Shown: piece by piece, positions 1 to 9,708 of the stretch | Position numbering within the stretch: the stretch's first letter is position 1 | Layout: each line of letters opens with the position of its first letter | Source: a virus | Virus record (IMG/VR): IMGVR_UViG_3300046758_000611 | Location: 106,222 to 170,221 of that record | Length of the DNA stretch: 64,000 nt | Direction: 5' to 3' (one strand) | Program-made: the position numbers and the translations under genes | The notes under the pieces: generated by a model | Database searches by the model: none | Seen by the model: only the letters and a program-made list of their open reading frames with translations | Told to the model about the DNA's origin: nothing

Positions 1-2
1 GT

Positions 3-641
3 CAGTGGATAAGTTCAGACACAGATGACGGTGGACGAAAAAACTTTGCATCTCTTATTGACACATTTGTGAATGCATTCAGACAACATAAAAATAAACC
101 TGCACTCATATTAAAAACAAATGGATGTAATTATAGTATTACAGACAAAATCAAGGTTGAGAAAAAAATAAGAACCCATTTGGAGTTATATGAAGAACGA
201 GGTCGACCAAATGTATACCTTTTGCACGGTGACTTGAACGAACAACAGATGTATGACCTATATAACAACACCAAAGTAAAATGTTTCGTTTCACATACCA
301 AGGGTGAAGGGTTTGGTAGACCTATGTTAGAGGCCAGTTTATCGGAGTTGCCTATAATTTGCCCAAAGTTTAGTGGGTACCTGGACTTCTTAAACGATGA
401 TAACTCCACGTTAATAAACGGAAAACTGCTTGATGTCGGAGTTACGAACTCTTTATTTTGTGAAAACGCAAAGTGGATTCATGTAGATGAAGAAAAATCA
501 AAAAACGCAATGATTGATGTTTATGAAAATTACAAAGTGTATAAAGAAAAAATAAAAAACCACACACCGTCACTTTTAAATAACTATTCTATACAAACAT
601 CGCATAAAAAGTATAACGATATTTTTACAAAGTTGAAATAA
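3..641 (+). CDS. Glycosyltransferase family 4 (GT-B), 5'-truncated by the window edge
   Basis: Frame open from position 3; GEGFGRPMLEA matches the GT4 ExFG-x-x-x-x-EA motif. Confidence 0.8.
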   Translation, partial: QWISSDTDDGGRKNFASLIDTFVNAFRQHKNKPALILKTNGCNYSITDKIKVEKKIRTHLELYEERGRPNVYLLHGDLNEQQMYDLYNNTKVKCFVSHTKGEGFGRPMLEASLSELPIICPKFSGYLDFLNDDNSTLINGKLLDVGVTNSLFCENAKWIHVDEEKSKNAMIDVYENYKVYKEKIKNHTPSLLNNYSIQTSHKKYNDIFTKLK

Positions 642-677
642 ACTTTAAGACATAAACTTTTATATACTTATAGATGA

Positions 678-1388
678 ATGGACTACTATAAAGTATATTT
701 AAAAAAATTGGTAGGTGGATTTTTGTCAACTACACCGACACGATTAAAACCTGGACAGATAGTTACCTTCAAATATCGTGACGATATTCCATCGAGAAGA
801 AAATTAAGTCGCATGATATTGGTTCTATCTAGTCGTCCAGGTAAAAACGGAAAATTGATTCATGGAATATCATTACAATTTATACCGTGGCAATTGTTTC
901 GGTCATTTATGCAAAAGGTTATCACATTTGATACACTTTTACTAATTCAAAGAAGACTTGAAATACAAGCACCACTAAATGAGTTCCTAGAGAAACCTAT
1001 TAGTTTTTATAGTTCATATATTAAAAGATACTTAAAAAACTATGATTGTTACAGGACATATAGTTTATCCAAAATAACATCACCACGCATATCATGCCTT
1101 GATTACTCAACCATGTTTCCAACGGGAAAAAAAGAAGAACGTGCATTGTTAGTAAATCGTAGAGATTCACTTAGTGACATTTTAAAAGAACGTGAAGTTA
1201 TTGAAAAATTATTAAAGTCCGATGAAAAAATTTCAATTGATAACAGAAACGCAAGACGAATGATTATTAAAAGATTCGGAAGTGTAGAAAATTTCTATGA
1301 CGCAGTACGCAAACTAGATTCACTGGTTGATGACAATCAGGATGTAGATGATATATACAAAAGCATAAAATCAAATATGAAAAAATGA
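678..1388 (+). CDS. Hypothetical protein, weak resemblance to T4 gp2-like DNA end protector
   Basis: PGQIVTFKY, IHGISLQFIP and CYRTY resemble gp2-family blocks (from memory); ATATACTTAT motif upstream. Confidence 0.35.
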   Translation: MDYYKVYLKKLVGGFLSTTPTRLKPGQIVTFKYRDDIPSRRKLSRMILVLSSRPGKNGKLIHGISLQFIPWQLFRSFMQKVITFDTLLLIQRRLEIQAPLNEFLEKPISFYSSYIKRYLKNYDCYRTYSLSKITSPRISCLDYSTMFPTGKKEERALLVNRRDSLSDILKEREVIEKLLKSDEKISIDNRNARRMIIKRFGSVENFYDAVRKLDSLVDDNQDVDDIYKSIKSNMKK

Positions 1389-2020
1389 AACCCTCAATTA
1401 GTTTTGCCATAACCACACACAATGAATTCATTCAGTTAAAAAAATCTATTGATATTATAGAGAGATTTAAAGATGATTTGGATGAGTTATTATTTTTAGA
1501 TGATTTTTCTGACAACGACAAAACATTGAAACTTCTTGAAAGTAGAAACACATTTAAACGTAAATTTGAAAAAGATTACTCGGATCATAAGAATTATTTA
1601 AATTCATTATGCAATTGTGATTATATTTTACAACTAGACGGTGACGAAATATTAAGTCAAAAACTTATCGCAAATGTTAAAAATATAATAAAAGATAATT
1701 CAGATATAGATTTATTCTATATACCCAGAGCAAACTATGTTCAGGGTATAAATAAGAGTTATCTAAAACGATGGAATTGGAAAATGGATAATAAAAAAAG
1801 AATTAATTATCCTGATTTTCAAGGCAGACTTTTCAAGAATAATGAAAAACTATATTGGCATCGTTCCGTGCATGAAAGAATTACGGGAAATAAAAATTTT
1901 AGCAAGTTACCATTAGATAACGATCTTGATATTATTCACGAAAAGCATATTCAAAAGCAAATCGCAAACAACAACTTTTATTCGGAAAATTACAATCGTG
2001 ACTGCACAAGAAAACAATAA
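1385..2020 (+). CDS. Glycosyltransferase family 2
   Basis: ISFAITTHNE, DDFSD, LDGDE (DxD), VHERI. Confidence 0.85.
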   Translation: MKPSISFAITTHNEFIQLKKSIDIIERFKDDLDELLFLDDFSDNDKTLKLLESRNTFKRKFEKDYSDHKNYLNSLCNCDYILQLDGDEILSQKLIANVKNIIKDNSDIDLFYIPRANYVQGINKSYLKRWNWKMDNKKRINYPDFQGRLFKNNEKLYWHRSVHERITGNKNFSKLPLDNDLDIIHEKHIQKQIANNNFYSENYNRDCTRKQ

Positions 2021-3671
2021 AAAAAAATTAGGCATAGTAACTTGTTATTTTAATCCACGTAACTATCTAACAAAATTTATTAATTTTCTTGATTTCTATT
2101 ACAAGTTAAGAAAATCAAAAAATGTAGATATTATTGTTGTTGAGTCTTGTATGAGTGATTCTGTTTATACATTAAAAAACACTATACATAACAATCTTAT
2201 ATCATTGAATACAAATTCCGTATATTGGCAGAAAGAAGAATTGATAAATATAGGACTTAGAAAACATAAAGACACCGGTTACAAAAACTTGTGCTGGTTG
2301 GATAGTGATATTGAATTTTTAAACGATAATTGGGCAGATGTGATAATAGAAGATCTAAATGAGTATGATATAGTTCAGGTATTTGAGTATAGTCACGAAA
2401 TAATTGACACTAAAGCAAACACAATAAAACATAACTCCTATATAAAAAAAATAAAAGAGGGTAACAACCATCCATTTAAAAGAATCGGTGAACTTGGTTA
2501 TGGTTATGCTTACAAACGAACATCTCTTACCGATAAACTTTTATATGAAAATGCGGTAGTTGGTGGTGGTGATTTTTTAAATATATTACCATTTGTAAAT
2601 ATGAATACCACAATGAATATCACAGAAGATAGATATTTTAAAAACGCAAATATAGAAATGATAGATGATTACATGGATTGGTATGAAGATAAATCTAAAT
2701 TAAAAACAAGTTACTCAAAAAACGAAATAAAGGTTGCGTACCACGGAGATAGAAAATTCAGAAACTATTTAAAACGAGAGCAGATTTTAAAAAACTTGAA
2801 TTTTTGTCCAAAGACTGACCTTGAAAAAACAAATAATAACTCACTTAGACTTCTTAAAAATAAAAATGTAGAGAATTATTTGAAAAAATATTTCAAGGAA
2901 AGAAATGAGGATTACTTTAATGATAATTTACAATCAAAAAGATTCTTTAAAAAAATAATCAACAGAGTGGCGTACAATTTAGATGTAGAAAATATTGAAA
3001 CCGAACCTATGCTACGCACGGTTGAAAAAATAAAAAACCACGAAAATAAAGTACAAAAAAATAATAATATAGATATAAAACTAAATAGAGTATGTGTTTG
3101 GTCTAAAAATAATATTAAAGAGATAAATGTAAGTTCCTTTGATTTTATGCAAAACATAATATACGATAAATCAGATAGACATCAAATAAATTCTATAAAG
3201 TGCAATCGTAGTGATAGATTTCCACATACATATTTAAAATTCATTATTAGTAATTACGAAAATCTTCCAAGTGTGGTTATATTCTGTAATGATTATATTG
3301 AACAATCGTTTATATTAAGTACGATCAGCATACTTAGAAACATACCAAACGATGAAAACTTAAAGTTTACACAAATCATAGAGTGCAAACAACCAGTGCG
3401 ATTGGATACATCTGGTCATATTTTAGGACTTTACAAAAAAACCTCTGTAAAGAAAAGTAAACATACATTCCAAGAATGGAATCGTTATCATTGTAATAAA
3501 GAAAAGGAAGGTAGCGATTTTTATGTTTATCCAATTTTTTATTTAGGAAGAAACATTATACAAAACAAAAAAATAGAATACTACGAAAACCTGTTAAGTA
3601 GTATATCGTCAGACTCACTTACCGAAGACGAACTTTATCTAAACCGCAGTTGGGACAACATATTTCAATGA
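1998..3671 (+). CDS. GT-A-like glycosyltransferase domain protein with C-terminal extension
   Basis: WQKEELINIG, WLDSDI (DxD), GGGD; likely GTG start at 1998 (track gives 1926). Confidence 0.55.
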   Translation: MTAQENNKKKLGIVTCYFNPRNYLTKFINFLDFYYKLRKSKNVDIIVVESCMSDSVYTLKNTIHNNLISLNTNSVYWQKEELINIGLRKHKDTGYKNLCWLDSDIEFLNDNWADVIIEDLNEYDIVQVFEYSHEIIDTKANTIKHNSYIKKIKEGNNHPFKRIGELGYGYAYKRTSLTDKLLYENAVVGGGDFLNILPFVNMNTTMNITEDRYFKNANIEMIDDYMDWYEDKSKLKTSYSKNEIKVAYHGDRKFRNYLKREQILKNLNFCPKTDLEKTNNNSLRLLKNKNVENYLKKYFKERNEDYFNDNLQSKRFFKKIINRVAYNLDVENIETEPMLRTVEKIKNHENKVQKNNNIDIKLNRVCVWSKNNIKEINVSSFDFMQNIIYDKSDRHQINSIKCNRSDRFPHTYLKFIISNYENLPSVVIFCNDYIEQSFILSTISILRNIPNDENLKFTQIIECKQPVRLDTSGHILGLYKKTSVKKSKHTFQEWNRYHCNKEKEGSDFYVYPIFYLGRNIIQNKKIEYYENLLSSISSDSLTEDELYLNRSWDNIFQ

Positions 3672-4525
3672 TTATTTTATCAATACATTTATTTCCATTT
3701 GAAATGAAACGATTCCAACGAATCGTTAATTCAATAAATTTAAATTTAAAATATACGAGATGTGAAGAACTACTCGTTCATGCTACTCTAAATAAAAATT
3801 CTAATATTCTTGAACACGAGTATGATGTTGACGAAGTCTTCATCAATCTTATGAAAACTATAAATTGCGATGTATTTTATGAAATCAAAAACGAAGTAAA
3901 TTTTTTAGGAGTAAATGAACATAGACGAAAAACCATACAACTATCAGACAAAGATGATTACATCATTTATATAGATAGTGATCTTATATTCAACGACAGA
4001 ATACTAGCAAATCAAATTATTGCAATAGATTATTTAAAAAACAAAAATGACTACTTTATAGTAACCCCAAATACAATTAGATTGTGGGATAAAACATGGG
4101 ATATAATTACACATGAAAAGTACCTAACTGAATCATTTGAATTCCACAGAAACGCAAACTTTTACGATATAGTAAATCAAAACTATGGAAAAATATATCT
4201 AGAGAAAATAAACAAATTTAAATGGGGTGGGGGGTGGTTTAATTGTTTTTCAGCAAATCTGCTTAAATTGATAAAAATCCCAACTTCATTTAAAGGTTAT
4301 GGGCCAGATGACACATTTGTCATGGAGTGTTGTAATATATTAAAAAAAGAAGGAGAGAACGTATCACAATATATTATGAAAAACATGATTGTATGTGAGG
4401 ATATAAAAATTGATTCAAAAAAATATTTCAAGAAAAAAACAAAAAATTTCAGAGAATTGTGCAATAAAAACTTTAATAAAGAGTTATCAAATTTTTATAT
4501 TTCTTATAAAAAAGAAATAATTTAA
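3668..4525 (+). CDS. Putative GT-A glycosyltransferase
   Basis: IYIDSDL (DxD) and GYGPDD (GT2/GT7-like GWGxED); ATG at 3668 overlaps upstream stop. Confidence 0.6.
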   Translation: MIILSIHLFPFEMKRFQRIVNSINLNLKYTRCEELLVHATLNKNSNILEHEYDVDEVFINLMKTINCDVFYEIKNEVNFLGVNEHRRKTIQLSDKDDYIIYIDSDLIFNDRILANQIIAIDYLKNKNDYFIVTPNTIRLWDKTWDIITHEKYLTESFEFHRNANFYDIVNQNYGKIYLEKINKFKWGGGWFNCFSANLLKLIKIPTSFKGYGPDDTFVMECCNILKKEGENVSQYIMKNMIVCEDIKIDSKKYFKKKTKNFRELCNKNFNKELSNFYISYKKEII

Positions 4526-4530
4526 TATAT

Positions 4531-5334
4531 ATGTGTATGAAGAAACGGCAAATTTTAACATTTGTGGTGGTGAGTTTAACTTTAACATTTACACAGGGTT
4601 GTGTAACAATTCCCTGGGGGTTGAAAGATGACAGAATTAAAATCAATTCTGACATAGAAAAAAAAGACACAGAACTTAGCCGTCATCTTAAATCTTATGT
4701 AACAGGAACTGTTGAAACACTGTCGTATGTAGATAATAAAAACAAAACACAACAAGTTGCATTAAATTTAGCACAAAAGGCACAAGAAATTGTAGGACTC
4801 CCAGACCCAGGGGACAAAATCAATGTAATTGATGTAATAAACAAAAACGGAGTTGCACTTGAGAACCTAGAAGACAGAAATGCAGATGTAATAAGTTTAT
4901 CTAGGCAAAAACAGGTCCTAGGACATGAACTAAGTGACACAGAAGATAAACTCATAGAACTGGGTGAGGCATCGAGAACAGAAGATAATTTTTTTGCAAA
5001 AGCATGGGGTTGGTTAAAAACTACATTTGGCATATTAGGTGCAATTGCTATATTAATAATTGGAGGTCCTGCAATTTTACCTATTTTGGGGCAAATAATT
5101 GCGTGGGTAGTTACAAAAATACCAGGACTTGTAGGTTGGATGGGTCTTACGAGTTTTTCGTTAACAAAGAATATTATCAAGGGAGTGCATGATGCAAAAG
5201 AAAAAATAAAAATGGCAGACGAAGAACGGAAGTTTTCAAAGAATGAAGTTCTTGACTTATTTAAATCAAATCTTGGCAACTCAACAAACCACTCCGACAA
5301 GAATATAATCAGCAGAATAAAAAGAAAGTTCTAA
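4531..5334 (+). CDS. Lipoprotein with helical region and C-terminal transmembrane segments
   Basis: Basic N-terminus, hydrophobic stretch, TQG-C lipobox; hydrophobic region at about aa 160-210. Confidence 0.6.
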   Translation: MCMKKRQILTFVVVSLTLTFTQGCVTIPWGLKDDRIKINSDIEKKDTELSRHLKSYVTGTVETLSYVDNKNKTQQVALNLAQKAQEIVGLPDPGDKINVIDVINKNGVALENLEDRNADVISLSRQKQVLGHELSDTEDKLIELGEASRTEDNFFAKAWGWLKTTFGILGAIAILIIGGPAILPILGQIIAWVVTKIPGLVGWMGLTSFSLTKNIIKGVHDAKEKIKMADEERKFSKNEVLDLFKSNLGNSTNHSDKNIISRIKRKF

Positions 5335-5960
5335 TGAAAGAAATACTTGTAGAGAATAAAAAATTTAAAGGTGATCCAGAAAAATTTAAAGGAAGTCGTG
5401 ACGATAACGCACTTGGGTTCGGCTGGAGGCCTGGTCAGGAAGAAACAACAATAACTATAAATAATTGCGAAATAGATGCTAACGGAGTAGCAGAGGGTCT
5501 TAAATTAAGTTATTGTAAAAATGTAAAAGTTACCAATTGTACAATAATAGGTGGGTACGAAGATTGCGTAGATATTGTGCGTGGTTCAAATATAGTATTT
5601 CATAAATGTAAGTTTATAGCAAATAACACAAAACATCATTTCACAATAAAGTGTAATGTAGATGGTGTTAAAATAATAGATTGTGAATTTATAAATGAAT
5701 TTAATAATATATTAGATGGTGCTTGCGTTGATTTAGGAAACTGGGGAGATTATGATGTGGACATACTTCCCAAAACAAAGAACATAGAAATTGTAAATTG
5801 CAAATTAACAAATTTTAGAAAATTTAAAAAAATCATAACAAGAAGATTATATGCAGAAACACCGTGTGTAAAAAGTGAAGGGTTTGCACTTAATATTCCA
5901 AAAATCTTTGTTTCTTTGTTTTTTTCATATAAAAGGTTTGAAAGTAAACAAAAAAAATAG
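5334..5960 (+). CDS. Right-handed parallel beta-helix protein (pectate-lyase-like)
   Basis: Repeating NVKVTNCTI / NIVFHKCKF / GVKIIDCEF / NIEIVNCKL rungs; EDCVDI. Confidence 0.7.
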   Translation: MKEILVENKKFKGDPEKFKGSRDDNALGFGWRPGQEETTITINNCEIDANGVAEGLKLSYCKNVKVTNCTIIGGYEDCVDIVRGSNIVFHKCKFIANNTKHHFTIKCNVDGVKIIDCEFINEFNNILDGACVDLGNWGDYDVDILPKTKNIEIVNCKLTNFRKFKKIITRRLYAETPCVKSEGFALNIPKIFVSLFFSYKRFESKQKK

Positions 5961-6022
5961 TTTTCTTTATTATACTTATAAAAAAGGTTATATCGCATTA
6001 TTAAACATGGAGATTGCGTTAT

Positions 6023-6898
6023 ATGAAAATAGGAGTTGTGGGAAATGGGTTTGTGGGTCATGCAATGACATTGCTGAGACCTTATGTGGATGTACTTGTG
6101 TGGGATATAGTTCCAGATAAAAGAGATCCACAAACATTAGATATTGAAACGTTTGTAGAAGAGTCGGAAATAATTTTTGTTGCCGTTCCCACACCAATGA
6201 ATTCAGACGGAAGTGCTAATTTAAATATAGTAAGAGCAGTTTGCGAAGAAATTCAAGCAATTGATGATGAAAAATATATTGTACTTCGTTCTACTGTACC
6301 ACCCGGAACAAGTGAAGAATTAGATGTAGCATTTATGCCAGAGTTTCTTACTGAAAAAAACTGGAAGGATGATTTTAAAAATTGCAATCAATGGATACTT
6401 GGTTCAACCGATCCATTCTTATATGAAAAAATGAAAAGAATGTTTGAACTTGCATATAATGATGGAAATGGTGCGATTGTAAACAAAGAATTAATTCAAT
6501 GCAAACCAAGTGAAGCAGAAATGATAAAATACTTGAAAAATGTATTTTTAAGTGTAAAGGTCGGTTTCTTTAATGAACTTGAATCAATTTGCTCAGAGAT
6601 GGACATTAATTATGAAAATGTTCGTTGTATTGCAACAGAAGACCCTAGAATTGGAAACGGACACACAAAAGTTCCCGGACACGATGGTCTTCGTGGATTT
6701 GGGGGAACGTGTTTTCCAAAAGATACGAATGCACTTGCAAACTTTGCAAATGAAAATTTCGTACCAACTCCTATACTTAATGCAGTTATTAAACGAAACG
6801 AAGAAGTAGACAGACCTGAAAAAGACTGGATGGCAGACAAAGGGAGAGCAGTTTCTGCTGAAGTAAATCCCAACGAAAAGAAGAAAAAGACAACATGA
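6023..6898 (+). CDS. UDP-glucose/GDP-mannose dehydrogenase family (short form lacking C-terminal domain)
   Basis: GxGxVG, VPTP, RSTVPPG, PEFL, GFGGTCFPKD catalytic Cys. Confidence 0.9.
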   Translation: MKIGVVGNGFVGHAMTLLRPYVDVLVWDIVPDKRDPQTLDIETFVEESEIIFVAVPTPMNSDGSANLNIVRAVCEEIQAIDDEKYIVLRSTVPPGTSEELDVAFMPEFLTEKNWKDDFKNCNQWILGSTDPFLYEKMKRMFELAYNDGNGAIVNKELIQCKPSEAEMIKYLKNVFLSVKVGFFNELESICSEMDINYENVRCIATEDPRIGNGHTKVPGHDGLRGFGGTCFPKDTNALANFANENFVPTPILNAVIKRNEEVDRPEKDWMADKGRAVSAEVNPNEKKKKTT

Positions 6899-7851
6899 AA
6901 AACATTGACTTCTTCAATGGAGATGCAGACGGAATAATAAGTCTACATCAGTACCGATTATTCTCACCGACTGATAGTGAATTATTTACTGGTGTTAAAA
7001 GGGATGTTAAACTTTTAAGACATTGCGTTGGGGTTAAAAACTGCAACTTAACGGTATTTGATGTATCACTATTATCTAACATAGAATATGTAAAACAAAT
7101 ATTAAAAAAGAAAAATAAAATAAAATGGTTTGACCATCATGAACCGGGTGAAACAAAGTTAGGAAAAAACTTTTCAATAAAAGTAGACTCCGATCCCAAT
7201 TGTTGTACAAATATATTAGTTGATAAATACATAGACGGGTTACACAGACCCTGGACAATATGTGGTGCGTTTGGAGATAATTTACACGAACAGGCAGAAA
7301 AACTAAATCCTTGTTTTGACGAGCAGACAATGAATAAGTTAAAAGAAATTGGAGAAACACTAAATTACAATGGATACGGAAACAAAGAGTCTGATTTAAC
7401 TGTACACCCAAAAAACGTATACCTTGATTTAAAACAATATGAATCACCGTTTCGTTACAGAAGCAAATCAGAAATATACAATAAAATTTATACACAAATG
7501 AAGTCTGATGAAAAAGAACTAAATTCATCCGAAATTTTACATGAAACAAAAACAGGGAAAGTCATTTTGCTTCCAGACACAAAAGCATCCATTAGGTACT
7601 CTGGTATATACAGTAACCAACAAACAACCGATAATCCCGATAAAGCATTTGCAATTCTTACATTAACAAACAATGATAATTACCGAATAAGCATAAGGTC
7701 ACCAAAAAACAATCCATACGGAGCAAGCAAGTTGGCATTGAGTTTTCCAACAGGAGGTGGTCGTGAAAAAGCAGCCGGTATAAACGAATTACCAAAAACA
7801 GAACTTAAAAAATTTATTGAAACATTTGAAAATATTTATGGAAATGAATAA
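6895..7851 (+). CDS. DHH-family phosphoesterase
   Basis: FNGDADG, FDHH, C-terminal GGGREKAAG (DHHA1). Confidence 0.85.
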   Translation: MKNIDFFNGDADGIISLHQYRLFSPTDSELFTGVKRDVKLLRHCVGVKNCNLTVFDVSLLSNIEYVKQILKKKNKIKWFDHHEPGETKLGKNFSIKVDSDPNCCTNILVDKYIDGLHRPWTICGAFGDNLHEQAEKLNPCFDEQTMNKLKEIGETLNYNGYGNKESDLTVHPKNVYLDLKQYESPFRYRSKSEIYNKIYTQMKSDEKELNSSEILHETKTGKVILLPDTKASIRYSGIYSNQQTTDNPDKAFAILTLTNNDNYRISIRSPKNNPYGASKLALSFPTGGGREKAAGINELPKTELKKFIETFENIYGNE

Positions 7852-7978
7852 ACAAAAAAAAGTATTTATTAAAACAAAAAAACCTAGTATAATATTCCTT
7901 AATAAATCAATAAATTATAAACAACCAACACAAACTGAAATATCTAAACAAGATTTAGCGGATAGGTGGGGATAGATT

Positions 7979-8350
7979 ATGAGAAATCAAGATGAAAGTA
8001 TAAGACCTTGGGGAAATTATGAAATTCTATTAGACGCAGAATACTGCAAAGTCAAACGTATCTTTGTAAAACCAGGACAAAGATTAAGTTATCAATACCA
8101 CCACAAACGACAAGAAGCATGGACGGTTGTTAGTGGTGTTGCGAGAATAACTTTAGACGATGTCACAGAAGATTATAAACCAGGAGAAACGGTTTTAATT
8201 CCTATTGGAGCAAAACACCGCATGGCAAATCCAAGTGGTACAGAAGATATGATTTTAATTGAAGTTCAAACAGGAACTTATTTTGGTGAAGATGATATTG
8301 TCAGAGTCCAAGATGATTATGATCGTCCAGAAAAACACGAATCAAATTAA
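7979..8350 (+). CDS. Mannose-6-phosphate isomerase type II cupin domain
   Basis: RPWG, LSYQYHHKRQEAW, EVQTGTYFGEDDIVR. Confidence 0.9.
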   Translation: MRNQDESIRPWGNYEILLDAEYCKVKRIFVKPGQRLSYQYHHKRQEAWTVVSGVARITLDDVTEDYKPGETVLIPIGAKHRMANPSGTEDMILIEVQTGTYFGEDDIVRVQDDYDRPEKHESN

Positions 8351-8354
8351 AATT

Positions 8355-8762
8355 ATGAAAACCGTAGCAGTTAGTGGATACTTTGACCCAATTCATGTGG
8401 GTCATTTAGAATATCTTGAGTTGGCAAAAAAACTTGGTGATCGTCTTGTTGTTATTGTAAACAACAATCATCAATGTGTTCTTAAAAAAGGCAAACCATT
8501 TATGGATGAAGCAGACCGAGTAAAAATCGTAGAAGCACTCGGAATAGTTGATGAAGTTTTTCTCAGTATCGATGGAGACAAAAGTGTATGTGCTTCTCTT
8601 GATGCAATTAAACCCGACATCTTTGCAAATGGTGGAGATAGAAGCACAGGTGAAGTACCCGAAAGTGTTATTTGCAAAAAGCATGGCATTGAAATGGTCG
8701 ATGGACTTGGTGATAAAATTAGAAGTTCAAGTGATTTGACTGGCTTAAAAGAAAAGAAGTAG
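8355..8762 (+). CDS. Cytidylyl/adenylyltransferase (HxGH family)
   Basis: SGYFDPIHVGH, FANGGDR, KIRSSS; ATG at 8355. Confidence 0.9.
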   Translation: MKTVAVSGYFDPIHVGHLEYLELAKKLGDRLVVIVNNNHQCVLKKGKPFMDEADRVKIVEALGIVDEVFLSIDGDKSVCASLDAIKPDIFANGGDRSTGEVPESVICKKHGIEMVDGLGDKIRSSSDLTGLKEKK

Positions 8763-8781
8763 TTCCTATCTATTTATTTGT

Positions 8782-9687
8782 ATGAATAAAGTCTTGATAA
8801 CGGGTGGTGCTGGTTTTGTTGGAACTGCACTTATACGCAAACTTATACGAAAGTACAAGAATATTCAGATCATCAGCATTGACAATTATAGTAGTGGATT
8901 TGAAAGCAATCATATAAAAAGTAAAAAAGTAACGTATCTTAATAAGGATACTCAAACTTTGATTCCGAAAAAATTTGATGCAAACAATACCAAGATGGAT
9001 ATTGCAGATGCCTTCGAACCAGATGTTGTCTTTCACTTCGGTGAGTTCTCACGAATCGTAACGAGTTTTGATGCGTTTGATAATTGTTGGGACTATAATA
9101 TGCAAGGAACTAAAATGGTTCTTGATTATTGCGTAGCAAAAAAGGCAAAGTTAATTTATAGTGCAAGTTCAAGTAAATTTGGAAACGATGGCAAAGACGA
9201 AAATCTTTCTCCATATGCTTGGATGAAAGCAAAAATGGTTGAACTTATTAAAAACTATTCAGACTGGTTTGATTTAAAATACGAAATAACATACTTTTAC
9301 AATGCGTACGGTCCTGGACAAGTAAGAACAGGAGATTACGCAACCGTGATAGGAATATTCGAAGAGCAATATTCCAAAGGAGAACCACTTACAGTTGTAG
9401 AACCAGGTGAACAATCAAGAGACTTTACCCATGTTGATGATATCGTAAATGGAGTTGTGTTAGCAGCCGTCAAAGGTCAACAATGTGAATATCCACTTGG
9501 AACAGGAATTCCACACAAAATAATTGATGTTGCTAAACTGTTCAATCATAAACATATTATGATACCAGAAAGACGTGGTGAGAGATTCTACGGAAAAGCA
9601 ATTCCATCTCTAACCTACCAACATCTTGGTTGGAACGCAAAAATTAAACTAGAAGATTATATCAAAAAAATAGTTGACGCCAAATAA
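8782..9687 (+). CDS. NAD-dependent nucleotide-sugar epimerase/dehydratase
   Basis: TGGAGFVG, YAWMK (YxxxK), YFYNAYGP, RDFTHVDD. Confidence 0.9.
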   Translation: MNKVLITGGAGFVGTALIRKLIRKYKNIQIISIDNYSSGFESNHIKSKKVTYLNKDTQTLIPKKFDANNTKMDIADAFEPDVVFHFGEFSRIVTSFDAFDNCWDYNMQGTKMVLDYCVAKKAKLIYSASSSKFGNDGKDENLSPYAWMKAKMVELIKNYSDWFDLKYEITYFYNAYGPGQVRTGDYATVIGIFEEQYSKGEPLTVVEPGEQSRDFTHVDDIVNGVVLAAVKGQQCEYPLGTGIPHKIIDVAKLFNHKHIMIPERRGERFYGKAIPSLTYQHLGWNAKIKLEDYIKKIVDAK

Positions 9688-9702
9688 ATTTGTTTATATA
9701 AT
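9674..9702 (+). promoter_or_regulatory. sigma70-like promoter, probably leaderless transcript
   Basis: TTGACG-N17-TATAAT, 6 nt before ATG 9709. Confidence 0.75.
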
Positions 9703-9708
9703 ATATAG

